Shown: positions 24,270 to 39,890, counted from the first letter of the stretch. The stretch: 64,000 nucleotides of DNA from Eledone cirrhosa (GCA_964016885.1 OZ024741.1:122264001-122328000); one strand, 5' to 3'. The notes: generated from the sequence alone by a model not told the origin. A program made the numbers and translations.

Positions 24270-24880
24270 GGAGAATAGTTAGAGAGAGGAGGAGAGAGAC
24301 CAAGGGATAGATTTAAAGGGAGGAAATGAGAGAGAGAGAGCCAAGATGAGAGAGTAAGGCGGAGAGAAAGCGAGAGCCAAGCTGAGAGAGAAAGGCAAGG
24401 AGAGAGAAACGTAGTGAGAAAGAGAGGCAAAGTGACAGAGAGGGAGAAAAAAATGTAAGAGAGGGGGGGGGGGTAGGATGAGAGAAAGATAAAGAAAAAG
24501 AGAACAAGGACCGAAAGGTAATTAGCGAGAGAGAAAGTTATTTATTTTATAAGGGACTTCGAGAGAGTGAATAGTATGATTGAGAGATTTAGTGCGAGTG
24601 AGTGAGCGAGCGAGAAGGAGAGATTGAGAGATTTAGTGCGAGTGAGTGAGCGAGAAGGAGAGAGAGAGTTAAAAGGTTGTAAGAAATTCAGAGGTAGGGA
24701 AGGAGTTAAAGAGAGTGTAGAAATTGAGAGAGAGAAAGAGAGAGGTATTATTTTAGAGTGTGACAACAGAGGGCGTGACCGATTGAAAGAGAGATTGTGA
24801 GAGACAGAGAAAGCGAGAATGAGAGTGACAGATAGACAGATAGATAGAGAGATACGCATGAGTGTTAGGGAGGAAAGGTA
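24270..24880. repeat. GA-rich low-complexity tract
   Basis: Degenerate (GA)n with short internal duplications (gagagatttagtgcgagtgagtgagcgag x2). Confidence 0.7.
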
Positions 24881-25759
24881 AGAGTGAGAAAATTGTTCTA
24901 GGCTTACTGAATTATATACAAGTTGAAACGACTGACACCTGGCTACTAAGTCATGGGAATCAACAGGTAGACAGGAGAAAGAAAGGGGAAATAGTGAGGA
25001 AGTAGAGAAAGAAAGAAACAATTTACAGCAACACATAGAAGTCAAGAATGTTTACAGAGTTCAGAAAAAACAAGAGACATTAAGGAAAGCAAATATATAT
25101 ATATATATGTTTATATATATATTTGTGTTATAATCTACAAACGTTGATTTATCAAATTTTTATTTAAATGATCATTTTTACAGTATAATTTCTTTTCTTA
25201 TGTAGACCCTTGTACATATCCATACATAAATTGACGCACACACACATATATATAAGTACATACTTATATACAAACGTATACACATATCTCTATATATATA
25301 TATATACACATATTTGTATACAGACATATATACGTATAAATATATATATATACTGACTTGTACACATATATAAATACATACAAATATATATATATATATA
25401 TTATTACATCTATATATATACATATAAATATATATACCCATATATAAATATACAAAATTATATTAAATATACAGACTTACATATATATAAATATATACAT
25501 ACATATAAATATATAAACATATATATACCTATATTAAATACATATATACTTATATCTATATACACATAATATTATACGATGGCTTGCTCAACAAAAAGGA
25601 TACATGTATTTACTGATCGGAGATGTTTTTCAACAAATTATTTATCACTACTGTTGCTATTATTATTTATACTACTGAGTCAAGCAGGTAAGTTATTATT
25701 ATTATTACCTCTCTCCTCAGAAATTGATGGTTTTCTGCCTAAATTAGAAACCATTACTT

Positions 25760-26520
25760 TTGCCGGGGTTAGTTTTGCTTTTCAACCTTACGGAGTCGAG
25801 AAAATAAAGCACCACTGGGTTCGATTTAATCGACTTTGCCCTTCCCTAAAATTGTTGGCTTTGTGCCTAAATGAATAACCATTATTATTGGCACCAGTAA
25901 TGCACTGGGTAATTGCTGGCCTTGTGCCTAAAAGTAGAAACAATTATTGGCAGTCTCGGTAGAGGGTCGGACACCATGCTTTCCAGCATAGTTGCGTGCT
26001 TTTACGGTCTGAGTTCAAATCCCGTCGAGGTTAACTTTGCCTTTCATCCTTACGGGGTCGATAAAATAAAGTACCAGTAATGTACTAGGTATTTGCTGGC
26101 CTTGTACCAAAAGTAGAAACAATTATTATTATGGGATTATTATTATTGGTTTGTGGGCGGTGGATTAGCAGAATCGTTAGCACGTCGGACGGCTTTGTAG
26201 TAAATCATTACGGTACTCTACGTTCTGAGTTTAAACCCTTCCGAGATTTGCTATGCCACTCATCCTTACGGGTTTGATAAGATGAAGTACCTGTAACGCA
26301 CAGGGCCAATTTAATTAACTTTCTCTTTCTATTCAAATTACTGGCTTGTGCCAAAAATAGAAACAATTGTTAGCGGAATTGTTTAGTAATATTTGTCTTG
26401 ACCCTTTAAGTTCCGCATTCAAATCCCACCGAGGTCAGCTTTGTCTTTCATTCTTCCGAGGTTGATAAAATAAAGTACCAAAAGTACTAAACCTTTTGCC
26501 TAAATTAAAAACAATTATTA
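25760..26520 (+). mobile_element. Head-to-tail cluster of about 4 Meta-like SINEs
   Basis: Repeated catccttacggggtcgataaaataaagtacc and agaaacaattatt tails. Confidence 0.7.
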
Positions 26521-29500
26521 TTGTTAATGTTGTTATCGTTGTCCATATCAAGGACTGGTGGTCTATCGTTTCTTTAATCCCAGGAGCCAGTCTTAACCGA
26601 TGATCAAAGGTCCTTTAGTATGTTTTTTGTCATTTTTAGGACATGGTCTGTCTCAAGCTCTGCGGCTTATAAAGCCGGGGCTTATGAGAGTTTTACTGGC
26701 GTATGACTACTAAAAGTACAGATATTACCCTTGGGGTTCAGTTTTTGAGCTGAGAGGCCTGGAGTAACAGGAAATGAAGTGTCACCCGGTCCGGGACTCG
26801 ACAACGTTACTGTATACAATCCATAACGATTAGAGGTAAAATCACCCCAAACCACTATCTTGAGTTGGAAGTCAACAGATAAAAACATGTAATAATAGGG
26901 TTATATATATTTGGTCTGCCACTTCACTATTTCAACCACGTAAATAGATGTAATTATATATTTGGTTTGCCACTCTATCGTTTCAATATCTCCATCATTC
27001 TGAGATTCCATGAATATAGAATGAATTTTGATTTATGTGAAAGCTAATTTTTTTTTCATACCAGTTATATAAGAGAGTCTGGTTGACTTCAGATTATTAC
27101 TTGTATATATTTTATAAACCCACGGATCGAAATTAAGTTCAAAACACGCCCATTAAACACCACAATAAACCTGAATGTATTTAGTATAAACGATCTATTC
27201 TTTAAACAATGCTATGTTGCAAAGCGTTAAACCTCCGACTGTTCCGACGATCTGTGTTACAATTGTTGGAACAAAAGAACATCTTGTTCATGAAAATAAC
27301 GTGCTCGTGGATGAGCATTCCTCTGACATGTAAACCTTTTGAATCATAGCTACATCTTCCAATTGCCAGCTGAGTGGAGCAAGGTGGAATAAACTGTCTT
27401 GCTCAAGGACCCAACACACCACTGTGAACTGAACTGACGACCTTCCGATCGCACTCATATGTCGGACATGTGTTGGACCTCAATCGGAACCGAGGATGAG
27501 TGTTCCATTTGTTTGAAGAACGGACAGCCTGTTCAGGAAAAAACGTGGAAGTAGCTGAGCATTCTATGGACAGGTTCCAATTTATGTTAGTTAGGAGTAT
27601 TCAGGGTGACACAATGTGAAACAAGGCTGGTCTTTTTAATCACAGATACAACTCTTTTTTAACAGCTGAGTGAATTGGAGCAATGGGAAATAAAGTGTCT
27701 TGCTGCAAGACCCAACGCGCTGCTGGAACTCTTATTTATAACTTTATGCCAACCTAATACCCCAATCGCCAAGACGTATGCTTTCATCATGCTTAATGAA
27801 TAAATTACTAAAATTAAATAATAATATATTTGTAGTAAAGTAGAAACGAAATTGTGTGACATTAGGTTATTACTTGAGAGGATTAGTTATGTAAAAACAA
27901 TGAAACAATTATGCAACGTTCGATCTCTACTACACCTTAAAAAAAACAAGAAAATAAACAAAAACAAAACAACATATGTGTTGTTCTATTCAATTTCTCC
28001 TCTCATTCACTTTCTCTTGTGATATTCATACCAGTACATTCTATCAAATTTTCTATATTTCTATTAATTTGTTTTGTGCTTTTCCGCCCTTTTCTATGCT
28101 TCATTACCTTTTTCCTTTTTACTGACACAGATACTTTATATGTAGAGAAAACATTGAGATAGTGTGATATCGACACAGTTTCAATGGTTTAAAATCTTTC
28201 TCATAAGCAGTAAAAAATAATCTTCTGTTGAGAAATTGGGATAAAACTGAGTACAAGCCTACGAGAGGGCCTCGAGATTGTCAAATTACACCCTGTTTAT
28301 CGTAGCCAAATATTCTCAATCACAACGTAACTTCCCCGTTCTGCAAATAAAGTAAGGAAACAATAGACAATGTGTAAGCTATACAAAATTACAAGGTGTT
28401 CGAGGTAAGAATACATTTGAATGTATATCTATTCGATCTGGGTTAACGTGGGGCTAAACATCACCACTACTACTACCACCAACAATAACAACCATACCAC
28501 AACGATGACGGCAACAACTAAAATAAAGAACAGCAATAGCGACAACATAATTCTGGTATCTCGGTTTATTAAATGTATAAAGAAATACTCCTATTGTTTT
28601 GTCTATAAATGTGCCCCTGGGCATAGGGTATTGGACTCACGTTAAAGTTGTAGGTTCGATAATTTGACTAGGTGGCATGTTGTGTTATTGAGCAAGACGT
28701 TTCATTTCTCATTGCGTCTCATAAAATCCTCCGATAGAAGACCAGCGAAACGTACATAGTTGTGAGCTGTAAATTTCAGTTTTCTTTTTATTTCATACAA
28801 AATACACTATATTTCGTAGGACAGGAAATGGGAAGCTGTGACTTTCAGACGTTTTCCGTGAATATTAAACCTTGCAAACAAAGGACAATGCTTTCGTTGA
28901 AGAATTCAAGTCCTGTTGCAGTCTCGATTTCTCCATTTTGTTCTAGGGCACTTTGCACATGTCGTAGTGCTTAATATGTTTAGATTGAGAGAGATAGGGT
29001 GTTGTGTCCCTCATGCCTTTTATGGGAACATTAGTGAAATAAGTGAAGTGAAATTGCTCTCGGTTGCACACTAGATTTCACTCACATGCTCTACTGCACT
29101 GTGTTGAGGTTGCAGCATGATGAAATGATTAAGAGGCTCACTTTGCTATTATTAAGTCTCGAGTTCTATCCCACTTTGCAGCATCTTGAGTACGTGTCCA
29201 TTATCATAGCCTCGGGTCGATCCATGCCTTCTGCGTGAAATCGGGAGGACGAAAATCGTTTGGAAGCCCATCTTACACTGTGTCACGCTAAATAACAGTT
29301 AAAATTGTGCTTAGGGTACACATGTTTGTGAATGATCACCCATATTAATTTCATGAGTATTCCGTTCTATTGATCAAATAACTAGAACATTTATAGTCGA
29401 TAACGACAGAGATCATTTCCTCGAAGTGAGTGTGTCTGCGTTTATAAAAGCTGTAACAAAATCTTAAAAAAAATATATTAAAAATTAAATAACATTTTAA

Positions 29501-32449
29501 TGGCTTAAAAAAGTGTTTCTTATGTTTCAATGTTTGGTTCCAGCTCAGAAATTCTTAACTGAGGTCGGCTTTCCAAATGTTACCCTTTCACAAGACCGCA
29601 GGTTCCACATTCCTGCTGTAGTGAATAGCAGATGCACGTCTTTCCTTAAACAAGAAATAAACGCCATTCCTTAAGATCTGGTTATGTTTCCACTTCACAT
29701 CACATGAGCAATGTTCTCCAGAAAGTCAATAATACCGTATAATGTTTCTAATCTTCCATATTAATATGAATTCTTGCAGCCACATTAAAAAAAAAAAACA
29801 ACAACAACAATGAATTGCTGGATAGTAAGAGTGAAACAGATAGCTGATTCGAATAATGGGTGTCAAGCAGCGGAAGTGTAGGCATTCACCTCAATGCATT
29901 TTAGTTATATTCACTTAAACCCATACGGTCTTATAAACTTCCTAACATACGACTGTAAACATTGTCTCAAATACTAAATTGACATGTCATTGTTTATTAT
30001 TGTAAGGTAGGCAGAGTGTATCTAGGGCAGCGATAGCAATCTTTGCTAATCGTGAATCGTTTTGACATACAAGTATCCTACCTTGATCCTATTTTTAATA
30101 TAATATAATAGGGTACATTTCATGTCACGTCCCTCCAGTCCAATAAGTTGGCAAAAATGAGTTGTAAGTGTAATTCAATGAATCAACCTTTTTACAATCT
30201 GTATTACACTAAATCTCAATGAGAATTATATTAAGGGTACACGTGCCTATCGAATGCTCAGTCACTTTCACGCTATTTTCATGAGTTGGCTGTTCTGCTG
30301 TTCAAGAAACTGGAAAAGTAATTGTTGAAGTGTATGGGGGAACAACGCAATTAGTATTTCGTATATTTCTTGAGAAGATATTCCTCAATATTTGGTTGTT
30401 CTAACTAGTGTAGTGTATCGCTTAATGCAAAAGCTCTTTATATAGCATATACATTATATAACGTGATTATGGTTTACATTCTATTAAACATTTCAGCTGT
30501 GGTCCATTCAGAATTTGGGTCGAGTACTAAAGATGGGGAATTACTGACCGAGGACTATATCATCAAATGTATTTGAAGTTTAGCCTTATATCAGCCCAAG
30601 CAGAGTAAAAAGTGTATTTGGACTAGGTTTTCTAATATGTTTCGCCCGATTTTAAAGGAGTTGAGGAATGACTCGAGAGAAAGTTATTTGCAATTGCTAG
30701 TCGACTCGGCTGCCATCTCTCAGTCTCTTTGATAAGAGACTAGTCTTTCCGATGTACTATTCCCAAATTAATTTGGTAAATATTTCGTATGAACACAGAC
30801 AAGGTGGATAAAAAGTGTTCTGCTTAGAACCTCAGAAGAAAGCCGAAATATGTTTGAACTCACAAGTGTGTAGTCGAATAACTTTAATGGCATATAGACT
30901 AATATAGTATTAACTTTGAAAATTAATCATTTATTAAACCCGTCTGTAACCGATGTTTTAATGAGATTTAATACGCATCTCTAAAAGAGAAAAGTAAGAC
31001 AATTGATTAAGATGCTTTGTATAATCTATTAATGTTATGGTTTGCTTTAGTGATCAGACATCACTTTATGGATATAAAATTTGTTTTGATGAAAATATAT
31101 GACAAAAATATGACGTTTGTAATTTAGTCAAATATATTATATCAAGTGAAAGTTATTTCGTCGAGAATTTTTGAAGAATTCAAATGCAACTGTAAAGCGT
31201 TTGTTGATGTGATGTTCTTCACAAAAGACACAAATTGGACGCAAGTAAGGCACATCATTCCATCGTTAATTCTTATTTAAACGGCTTTCAGGTGAAGAAA
31301 AGAAAACCAAATTCATATCAAGCGAAATATAAGCCCTGCATTGTGGTAATGTATGAGTCAGGCAATGATTTATAGCTATTACCCACGGGGTGTGTTAAAA
31401 GTTATAATTTAACAAACATTCCACCATGAAAGAAAGGCGGAATTATAAACTAAATGAGAAGTAGGACAGCGAAAAACAAAAAAAAAAACCTGGGCAAAAA
31501 CTACAATACACACTAAGTAAATAAAATCAAACGAGTGTAATATTAGAACATACACATATGGGAATATACGTAAATCTGGTTGATTTGTGTTTTGTTATAC
31601 CATTTTTATCAGTAGATTTGTTATTCTATTTATCTTTGTACGTGATATGATTTTTGCTTTATTAATTAAAACAAGACTGGGTTAGTTTAATTTACGTACT
31701 AGTAATTTTATCCCAGTTTAACGACCAACGAATCAAGTAAAATGATACTTCAGCATGAAAACCCTTGTACAAATGTCTTGCTGTAAGCCTCAAACTTAAA
31801 ATTAAATTACTCACAAAGAATTAATTTATTGACAGTAGTAATTACACAGCAACAAAAGTTAATGCAATGTTTAACAATTAACAAAACTGTTGCATACCTC
31901 AAAAATACTTCTTTTGTATTTAAACTAACTATTTAAATAACAGAGGGGTCTTGGTAATTGTACAGCAAACAAATCTAGGCCAGTCCAATATTTGCGAGAA
32001 TCCCTGATCAGGAAATAATCACATTAATTATTTCACAAGCTTAGATTGTCGGGCATCTCCATTTAAAAAACTCAATATATTGTTTATATAATGTTTAGAA
32101 ACGCTTAAACAGTATTGCAAAATTATATCATATTACTATACGCATTACAATTTTTAAAGATTATACAATGAACATTCTCGCAACCTGTATCATCATATGT
32201 ATATCAACAATATATATATATCAACCTGTATCATCATATGTATATCAACAATATATATATATATATAATGTATAGACCCATGTTAAAAGTGACAGACCTT
32301 GGTCTGGGTTGTAAAGGAGTGGCTCAAACTAATTAGTTATGACATAGCTCTGATTAAAATAGACCATAATAGTTTGGGTCATGTTAGCAGTGTCTTCGGT
32401 TATCATACAAGTTACTCACACTGAGAAATAACGGTTTAGATCAAATTAA

Positions 32450-32565
32450 GGTGCGTGGCTTAATAGTTAGATAGTTGGATTCCCAATCGTGATGTTGTGT
32501 GTTCGATTCCCGGGTCGAGCGATGCATTATGTCCTTAAACAAGACACTTTATTTCACGTTGCTCT
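32450..32565 (+). mobile_element. tRNA-derived CORE-like SINE head
   Basis: gtggcttaatagttag A box, gttcgattccc B box, tgtccttaaacaagacactttatttcacgttgct. Confidence 0.65.
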
Positions 32566-35500
32566 TTCGGCAAGCAGTTGCGATCGGGAGATAGTACTAG
32601 CAATTGGAAATACTGATGTAAACAGTGTTTCCTTGGTCTAATATGACGAGCACCCTCCCACCTCTTTTAGCGAATAAACCCTGGAATCTTGTCAATTATG
32701 ATTCTTCTCCTGAAGAAAGGATTTACATTGACAGTCAGAGTTCGGGTCATATGAGGACTAAGCCAAATAAACTAGAGATCATTGTTGAAGTAATTAAGTC
32801 TGCGAAATAATGGTGTAGGCGATGTTAAATGAGAATAAAATTGAACATTGTGGTCCAGTTCATATTAAATGTGTTTACAGTTGTTCTTGAGTATTTTGAC
32901 GCCCCTCCCACACATAGACGTGTCTAAATGCGACATATATGGTTTGGTCTATGTTAGAAGCTTATAAAACTTACCATCATTGTTTGAATAATGTTAGAAA
33001 GTATGCATATTGCAAGATCAAGATTTGAGCCAACTACAAAATGACCGAAATGGACACAACATGATTTCATTCAACTTAGAAGAGATTAAAACTGGGAAAT
33101 CAGGGTTTAAGTCGTATTAAATGTATTAAAACTGATAATTAATACTTGGATAATGTTAAAGGTAACTAAAACTGACTATCATTGCTTTGGTCATGTTAAA
33201 GAACGATTAAAACTGCCATATTATGGTTGATGACCCCGAATACCACAAACCTATTCTAGTGCTGCCTCGCTGTGTGGATACAGAATGGAAAGCAGTTATA
33301 CTGGAGGGGTTTTTACCAAAACGATCTTCATAAGTAGAAGAAACATGCGGTGGATAAGACCAGAAATTGCAGCATTGACAGGAAATCTCAGAAACTACTG
33401 TCGTTTTCCAAGAATCATTGCTCACATTTCTGATCATAGTGGGAAAATCCGTTCGTCTTCTGTGTCAGGAATCGATGACCAGGAAATAAAGGACTTCCCT
33501 TTCATGCCATCATCTTGTGAAAAGGAAATGGAGATCGGGGAGGGGTATAAAATTATTATTATCATGACCCTAAGTGCATAACAAAAAATAAACCATATAT
33601 ATATATACAAATATAAATTCAGCGAGAATCGTATTTCGGCGGGTAGAAATAAGCAAAACTCAATTTCCGATATGTGTGGCAAGCGCTCCATGGACCAAAA
33701 GAGACCAGATCAATAAACATATGTTATAAAGGCCATACAAACTGAGACGGTGGTTAATAAACTATCAACCACCTAAGCCAACAAAACGAAGTAAGCTAAA
33801 CGGGTCAAACAAAATATGAAAACAAAATTTACCCGGACCCCCTGGAAATGATGGTATAAACCAGTACAGGGTTTCTGCGACACCTAAATCAACAATACTG
33901 TCTGCTTAAAAAAATAAGCCTTTGGTATAATGATCGAACAAGGATATCACTTTCTCAAAAGGTATTTTGTTCTACGCGTTTTGAATCACACAGTGTTTTG
34001 AAAGCACATGTGTAACTCTACAGGGAAAAAAACCCAAATTTTGGCAAATGAATTCAGTATGCGTAATCGATGCAAAAATTGCAAAAACAACACAAATCGA
34101 ATTAAGGTCACAATCGGGTAGTTTTTAAAATAAACTTAAGCTATTAATCAGTCAATAAAATTATCTAAAACAATTAACTGGTTAATTGTTAGACTCGGGA
34201 ACACACGCACTTTGCATCTCCCTATGCATTGAGTACTCACATGATTAGTGGTCTCCTCGGTTTGAGCACTGCAGACTCTCTCTCTCTCTCTCTCTCTCTT
34301 TATATATATATATATATGTTAATTGTATACTTACATACATTACAAAAACGTACACGTCAATGAACCTACGTCGGTTTCGATATTGAGTATTCCAGTTTTT
34401 CTATCAGTGGAACGGCTTGCTCATGAAAAAAAGTTTTAAGTGCCTGGGCATTCCACAGACACGTGTACGCTTGACATATATTTGGAAATTTCTATATGCT
34501 CACATAATGATTTCATAGTTATAGACATTGCTGACATAACTCAAACCACGATGGTCAGTTTGAAAGGAATTTTACGTGACCGATGCGTTAATGCTGTTAC
34601 TATAGTCCTGATTCTGCATACAAATATAAGCTCCTTTACCAGTGTTTCCCACTTGCCAACGCACTAAGAAATAGCGAAATGCTGGCGTCATAATCCAAGC
34701 TCTAGAACAATTGACCACCGGAATTATCCATTAGGGCATTACAAACCTGATAGATGCATTATAAACCCGATGGAAGCCAGGCCTTTCCATGACTGAACAG
34801 CCGATTTCGCCAAGAGAAAGAAAGTGAGAAAGAGATATAGAGGAAGAATCGACCTCATACTATACTGGTACTTTGTTTATCGAACCAGGAAGGATGAAAG
34901 GCAAAGTTGACCTCGGCAAGATTTGAATGCGGAGCACACATGGCCCGAACTAATACCACAAATTATTCTATTCGGCCTTCTTATGATCTGCTGCTAAATT
35001 TGTCACATTTTACTGGCAATATACCATTTTAAATGCCACCATCTTGAAGTCATAGACTAAGTAGTTGGGTTATTATTTTTATTCGTGTTAATTACAGTTA
35101 TTTCTATCACTTTACGTGATATGTGTTTATTGGAAGTTAATGCTGTATATTTGTTTTACCTTATTTTGTTACTTAAATTACGATAGAAATATCTTTGTGA
35201 AGAAATAGTTTATGTGATATATTGTTCATTGTCAATCGCTTTATATTTAACATTAGAAAAAAGGTCCAAATAGTTTGCTCTGAATAAATCATAATATGTA
35301 TGTGTGCATGTGTGTGTGTGGGCGTGTTTTTTCACACATATATACACAAAATCGTACATATATACGTTTTTTGTATGTACGTGAACATGTATATGTGTGT
35401 GCGTAGGTGTTTGTGTGAAGACTTGTTTTTACACACAAATATACACCCATTTATACTTATATACGTGTTATAATGTGCATGAACATATGTGTATGCGTGG

Positions 35501-36335
35501 CGTGAGAGAAACCTTAAATCACTGAACTAAATGCCTTATCCTATATACGTAGACTTTTCTACATTCTAAGATTATATTTCCCCACCAGTGAGTTAGCAGA
35601 ATCTTTGGAACATCAAATAAAATGCACTGCGCTATTCAGTCCGGCGATCCGCGCCCTGATTTCATATCCCGATGAGGCCAACTTTATTATTTATCATTTC
35701 GCGATCTTTAAATAAGTACCGGTCCAGTATTGGAGCCGATTCTTCCTAAATATCTTCTTCTCAGGTTCCTCCATTCTCTCGCTCTTTCTCTCCCTCTCTC
35801 TCTCTAAATATATATATATATACATACATACTTACACTTAAGTATCAGCCGTACTAAGAGTGAGAAATGAAATTTCGTTTCATTCTTTTCCATCTTTTCC
35901 ATTTATCGTTTTCGGTGCGCCCGGCCGACTAACTCACTCGATATGCAAATTAGGCTGCTCAGCCGTTAATATGCATAAGGAAAGTATATACTTTCAGACG
36001 TTCAACCATCTGACAGGAAGGTATACGATGCTGACGATAGCTAATAAGCTTGAAACTAGTACAGCGTTCCTTTGTCAGTGTTGAACAAACGAGCAACGAT
36101 GGTTACTAGACACTACGGCTTAATACGGGATTATTGTTTACAAACACACCGAGCATTATAATAAATGTTCGGTGAATCCATACGTACATATATATGTGTG
36201 CATGTATGTATATATATATATACATACTACTGTACGTCTGTATAGATATATGTATGTACGTATACATACTTATATATATATATACAAACCTTATCTAGTC
36301 CTCTTCCGATTTTGGTCTTTGTGTTTATTATTACT

Positions 36336-36369
<34 letters not shown>

Positions 36370-36372
36370 ACA

Positions 36373-36410
<38 letters not shown>

Positions 36411-36539
36411 GAACTACTTATTCTATGAGTTAAAGATGGTGGCATTTAAGATGGTAGATTGCCAGTAAAATGTGGCAAATCTGGCAGCAGGCTATAAGAA
36501 AGCCGGATAGAATGATTTGCGGTATTAGTTCGAGCCTTC

Positions 36540-36745
36540 AAATCGGCAACACGAATGGACCTATTATTTTTCCGATTCCACCCCGCCCATTCCTTCAATC
36601 TTTCTAATTTTTCATTCTTTTTTCTGATGAAGAACTAGCGTCCTAAACGTTAAGACCCTCTTCCTGCTATTTCAAGCGCTAACCTAATATATTCCTTCCA
36701 TATACTGTACCGATTGTGTTGTTATTTCTGTTTACCTTTTCCATA
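36540..36745 (+). mobile_element. PLE pseudo-LTR remnant with decayed hammerhead at 36620-36655 (family C)
   Basis: CTGATGAAGAAC..GTCCTAAACGTTAAGA. Homologous to 53455-53630 (-) and 23543-23620. Confidence 0.6.
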
Positions 36746-36748
36746 CAT

Positions 36749-36781
<33 letters not shown>

Positions 36782-36837
36782 CATATATATATTTATATAT
36801 ATATATATTTATATATATATATATTTATATATATATA

Positions 36838-36927
<90 letters not shown>

Positions 36928-38227
36928 TACATTTCCACATATATGTCAGAAATCAACTCCTTCAACTCGGATCGTGATATACGCCACCTGGTTAAAATGC
37001 GCAAAACACGTAGTATTTCAAGACGGTGTCCTTGCGATTTTTGTCCCAATTTTTACTCATTCGAATAGAAATGAGAAGGCACGGATGAAATAATCGAACC
37101 ATGACAATTTATTCAATAGGAATTACAGAGTCATTACAGCGTATGAAAAGTGCCATACAATGTGTGTTTCTCAATTCAAATTCCAAAAAGGGTAGATTTG
37201 ATTTTCATCCTTACGGGGTTGATAAAATAAAGTACCAGTAATGCACTGGGGTAAATTTAAACATTGTGCCTAAATCAGAAACCGTTATTAGTATTATTCC
37301 GTTCTCGCTCATTATAATCTGAGCTGAAACATTGTTTTTCATCCTTCATCCTTCTGTGTTCGATAAAATAAAGTGCCAATCATGTATGTGATCTTATACT
37401 AGATAATATTATAGTTATTTAGTTACAGCTCTTTGCATTCCAATTAAAATACTCTATGATGTAAACCTTCCCTTTATCTTGTCGAGGCCTCGGTCGATAA
37501 TATATAACACGTGTTATGTATTTAAGTTATGTATTTAAGTTTGAATCTACCAAGTAAGCACTCCCAATAATACTTCTGGCCTTGAACCAATCTAAAACAG
37601 CATTTTTATCATTATTCCGTATATGTATCTAATATATAATAGTTTAGCAGATTTGGGTTTTGGCAGGTGTAGTGTGAATGTGTGTGTCATAGCACACATT
37701 CTATGTCGGAGTTTTATTAGTTAGTCTGCAATTGTTTGTAAACTTTAAATTTCTCACAATGTTATTTAATTAACAATACATTTCCCATCAGATTTCACAT
37801 AGCATTTTTAAAAATCTGTTTCCAGAATCCAAAGTCACTTTATAAGAAATAAACCTGTTCTGTTAAACGATTTTCGCTTTGTATTTTTAGTCTTCTATTA
37901 TCCCACGAAGAGTCATAAATTATAGAAAAAAGAAACGAAAAAACAAAGACTGAATATATTTCTGTATCGACCATCCCATTGGGTTTGTTGTGTGTATTCG
38001 GTTTAAACCGTATACCTACGTGATATAAGAGAGGAGTGAAACGTTTGGTGCTACGATGAATAGATATATAACATTACCTAAAAAGCTGATCGAGGATCAG
38101 GATAAAGACTTTCATGGCTGCGCAATGTTAACATGGAAAATGGCCTGTAAACGCTTGTTGTGTTGTGTATCTCGTTTCCTATATATATGAACATATACAC
38201 ATATATACATATATATATATGAGAGAG

Positions 38228-38537
38228 AGAAGACCCCCTTCGGCCACGAATGACCTTAGGATTTGCACCTAGAAAGTTTCCATCACGAGGCACAAGTCCG
38301 GGTAAGGTTATTTGTGGAAAACCACAGGCACCCGTGCATACCAGCCTCCCCTCTCCGCACACCCGATGATGTCCAAGGGAAAGGCTATGGCCGATACAGC
38401 TTGCACCAGTGACGTCGCAACTCATTTCTACAGCTAAGTAAACTGGAGCAACGTGAAATAAAGTGTCTTGCTCAAGGACAACGCATCACCCGATCCGATT
38501 GCAAACCCAATGCACTAAGCACTAAACCATGCGTCTT
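38228..38537 (-). mobile_element. tRNA-derived CORE-like SINE (same family as 51450-51727)
   Basis: Shared cacgaatgacc..gcacctagaaagtttccatc..ctggagcaacgtgaaataaagtgtcttgctcaaggac. Confidence 0.7.
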
Positions 38538-38569
38538 CATATATATATGAACATATATATATATATATA

Positions 38570-38723
38570 ATCGCTGCCCCATCGTTATCGAGTATGGCCA
38601 TTGCACGAGAAAAAACAACAAAAAAACCATAATAATATTAATAATAACAACAATAATAATAACGACAACAAAAACAACAATAATACTATACATATATATA
38701 TACACACACACACATAAACATAT

Positions 38724-38803
<80 letters not shown>

Positions 38804-39410
38804 GATAGCAATTTAACAGCGCTGCGATCGAATGTGGCTTTTTAGCCCAGCCAATGATCTAAAATGTCTTGCAGAGTTGGCAACCAAAACATTCACTGGG
38901 AATAGCCGGCTGTGGTTGGAGTTCATGTACTTTTGCATGTCGTTTGAGCCCTCCTGCTGATTTACATTCTCTACCACATGCTTAGCAAGCATGATGAGTA
39001 GCATCTCCAACAACAGACTGGTAGTCAACCACTGGTCTCACTTTATGACTGCGAAGATGACTTTCGAGTCCAGCTTTGCTTAGGCAGAGTCTCTCACAAA
39101 CGCTGCATGTCAGCGCCATAGGAGGACCTTCGCAGTCTGGAAACGCAACAGTAATGCCCTTCCTCACATCCTGCTTTACTTTCTCGTATGCGATTCGAGA
39201 TGCCTCAAAGGCAACTTTCCCCTCATATACAGTCTTTCTCCATTTATTACGATCAGTAGCAACATTTTCCCATGTATCAGCAGAGATGATAGCGTCTTTG
39301 AAAGAGGCTTTCAAAGAATCATTATGCCTCTTTTTTGGTTTATGTGGCGGTGTTTTCCTTTAACTAACACTCCATTAAAGAGTTGTTTTGGTATTCTAGA
39401 ATCCTTCATA
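38570..39410 (-). mobile_element. RTE-clade LINE 3' fragment with C-terminal C2H2 fingers
   Basis: MKDSRIPKQLF..LKAS..WENVATDRNKWRK..CSVCERLCLSKAGLESHLRSH. The 3' end motif is shared with 55317-55355. Confidence 0.85.
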
Positions 39411-39581
39411 TATATATACATACCTACATTTATATATATATATCATCCGACTTCCTACTGATTTCCCCCGAATGAAACAGTTCTAGTCCTGTAGAAACCA
39501 TTTCTCATTTCTATATTAAATATTTATACTATGTATTGTGTACCTTACTTACTGCGGTTACCCCCGATTGAACCCAGGATA

Positions 39582-39702
<121 letters not shown>

Positions 39703-39890
39703 TTATATATATATATGTAAAATTTCTATTTAAATTATTGGGATACAACAAGCAAATATTTTTATAATGGATATAAAGCACTCAACAAATAATTGGAGTA
39801 AAAATAGAATATTAACCGGGAGCTTCCAACAGTAATGGTTGCATTCTTTTAGGGTATGTCAATATTTATTTATAAAACTGCTCTATATTA

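Noticed and set aside
33207-33691. Overlapping ORFs of 76-98 aa
   Set aside because: No recognisable domain or supported exon boundaries.
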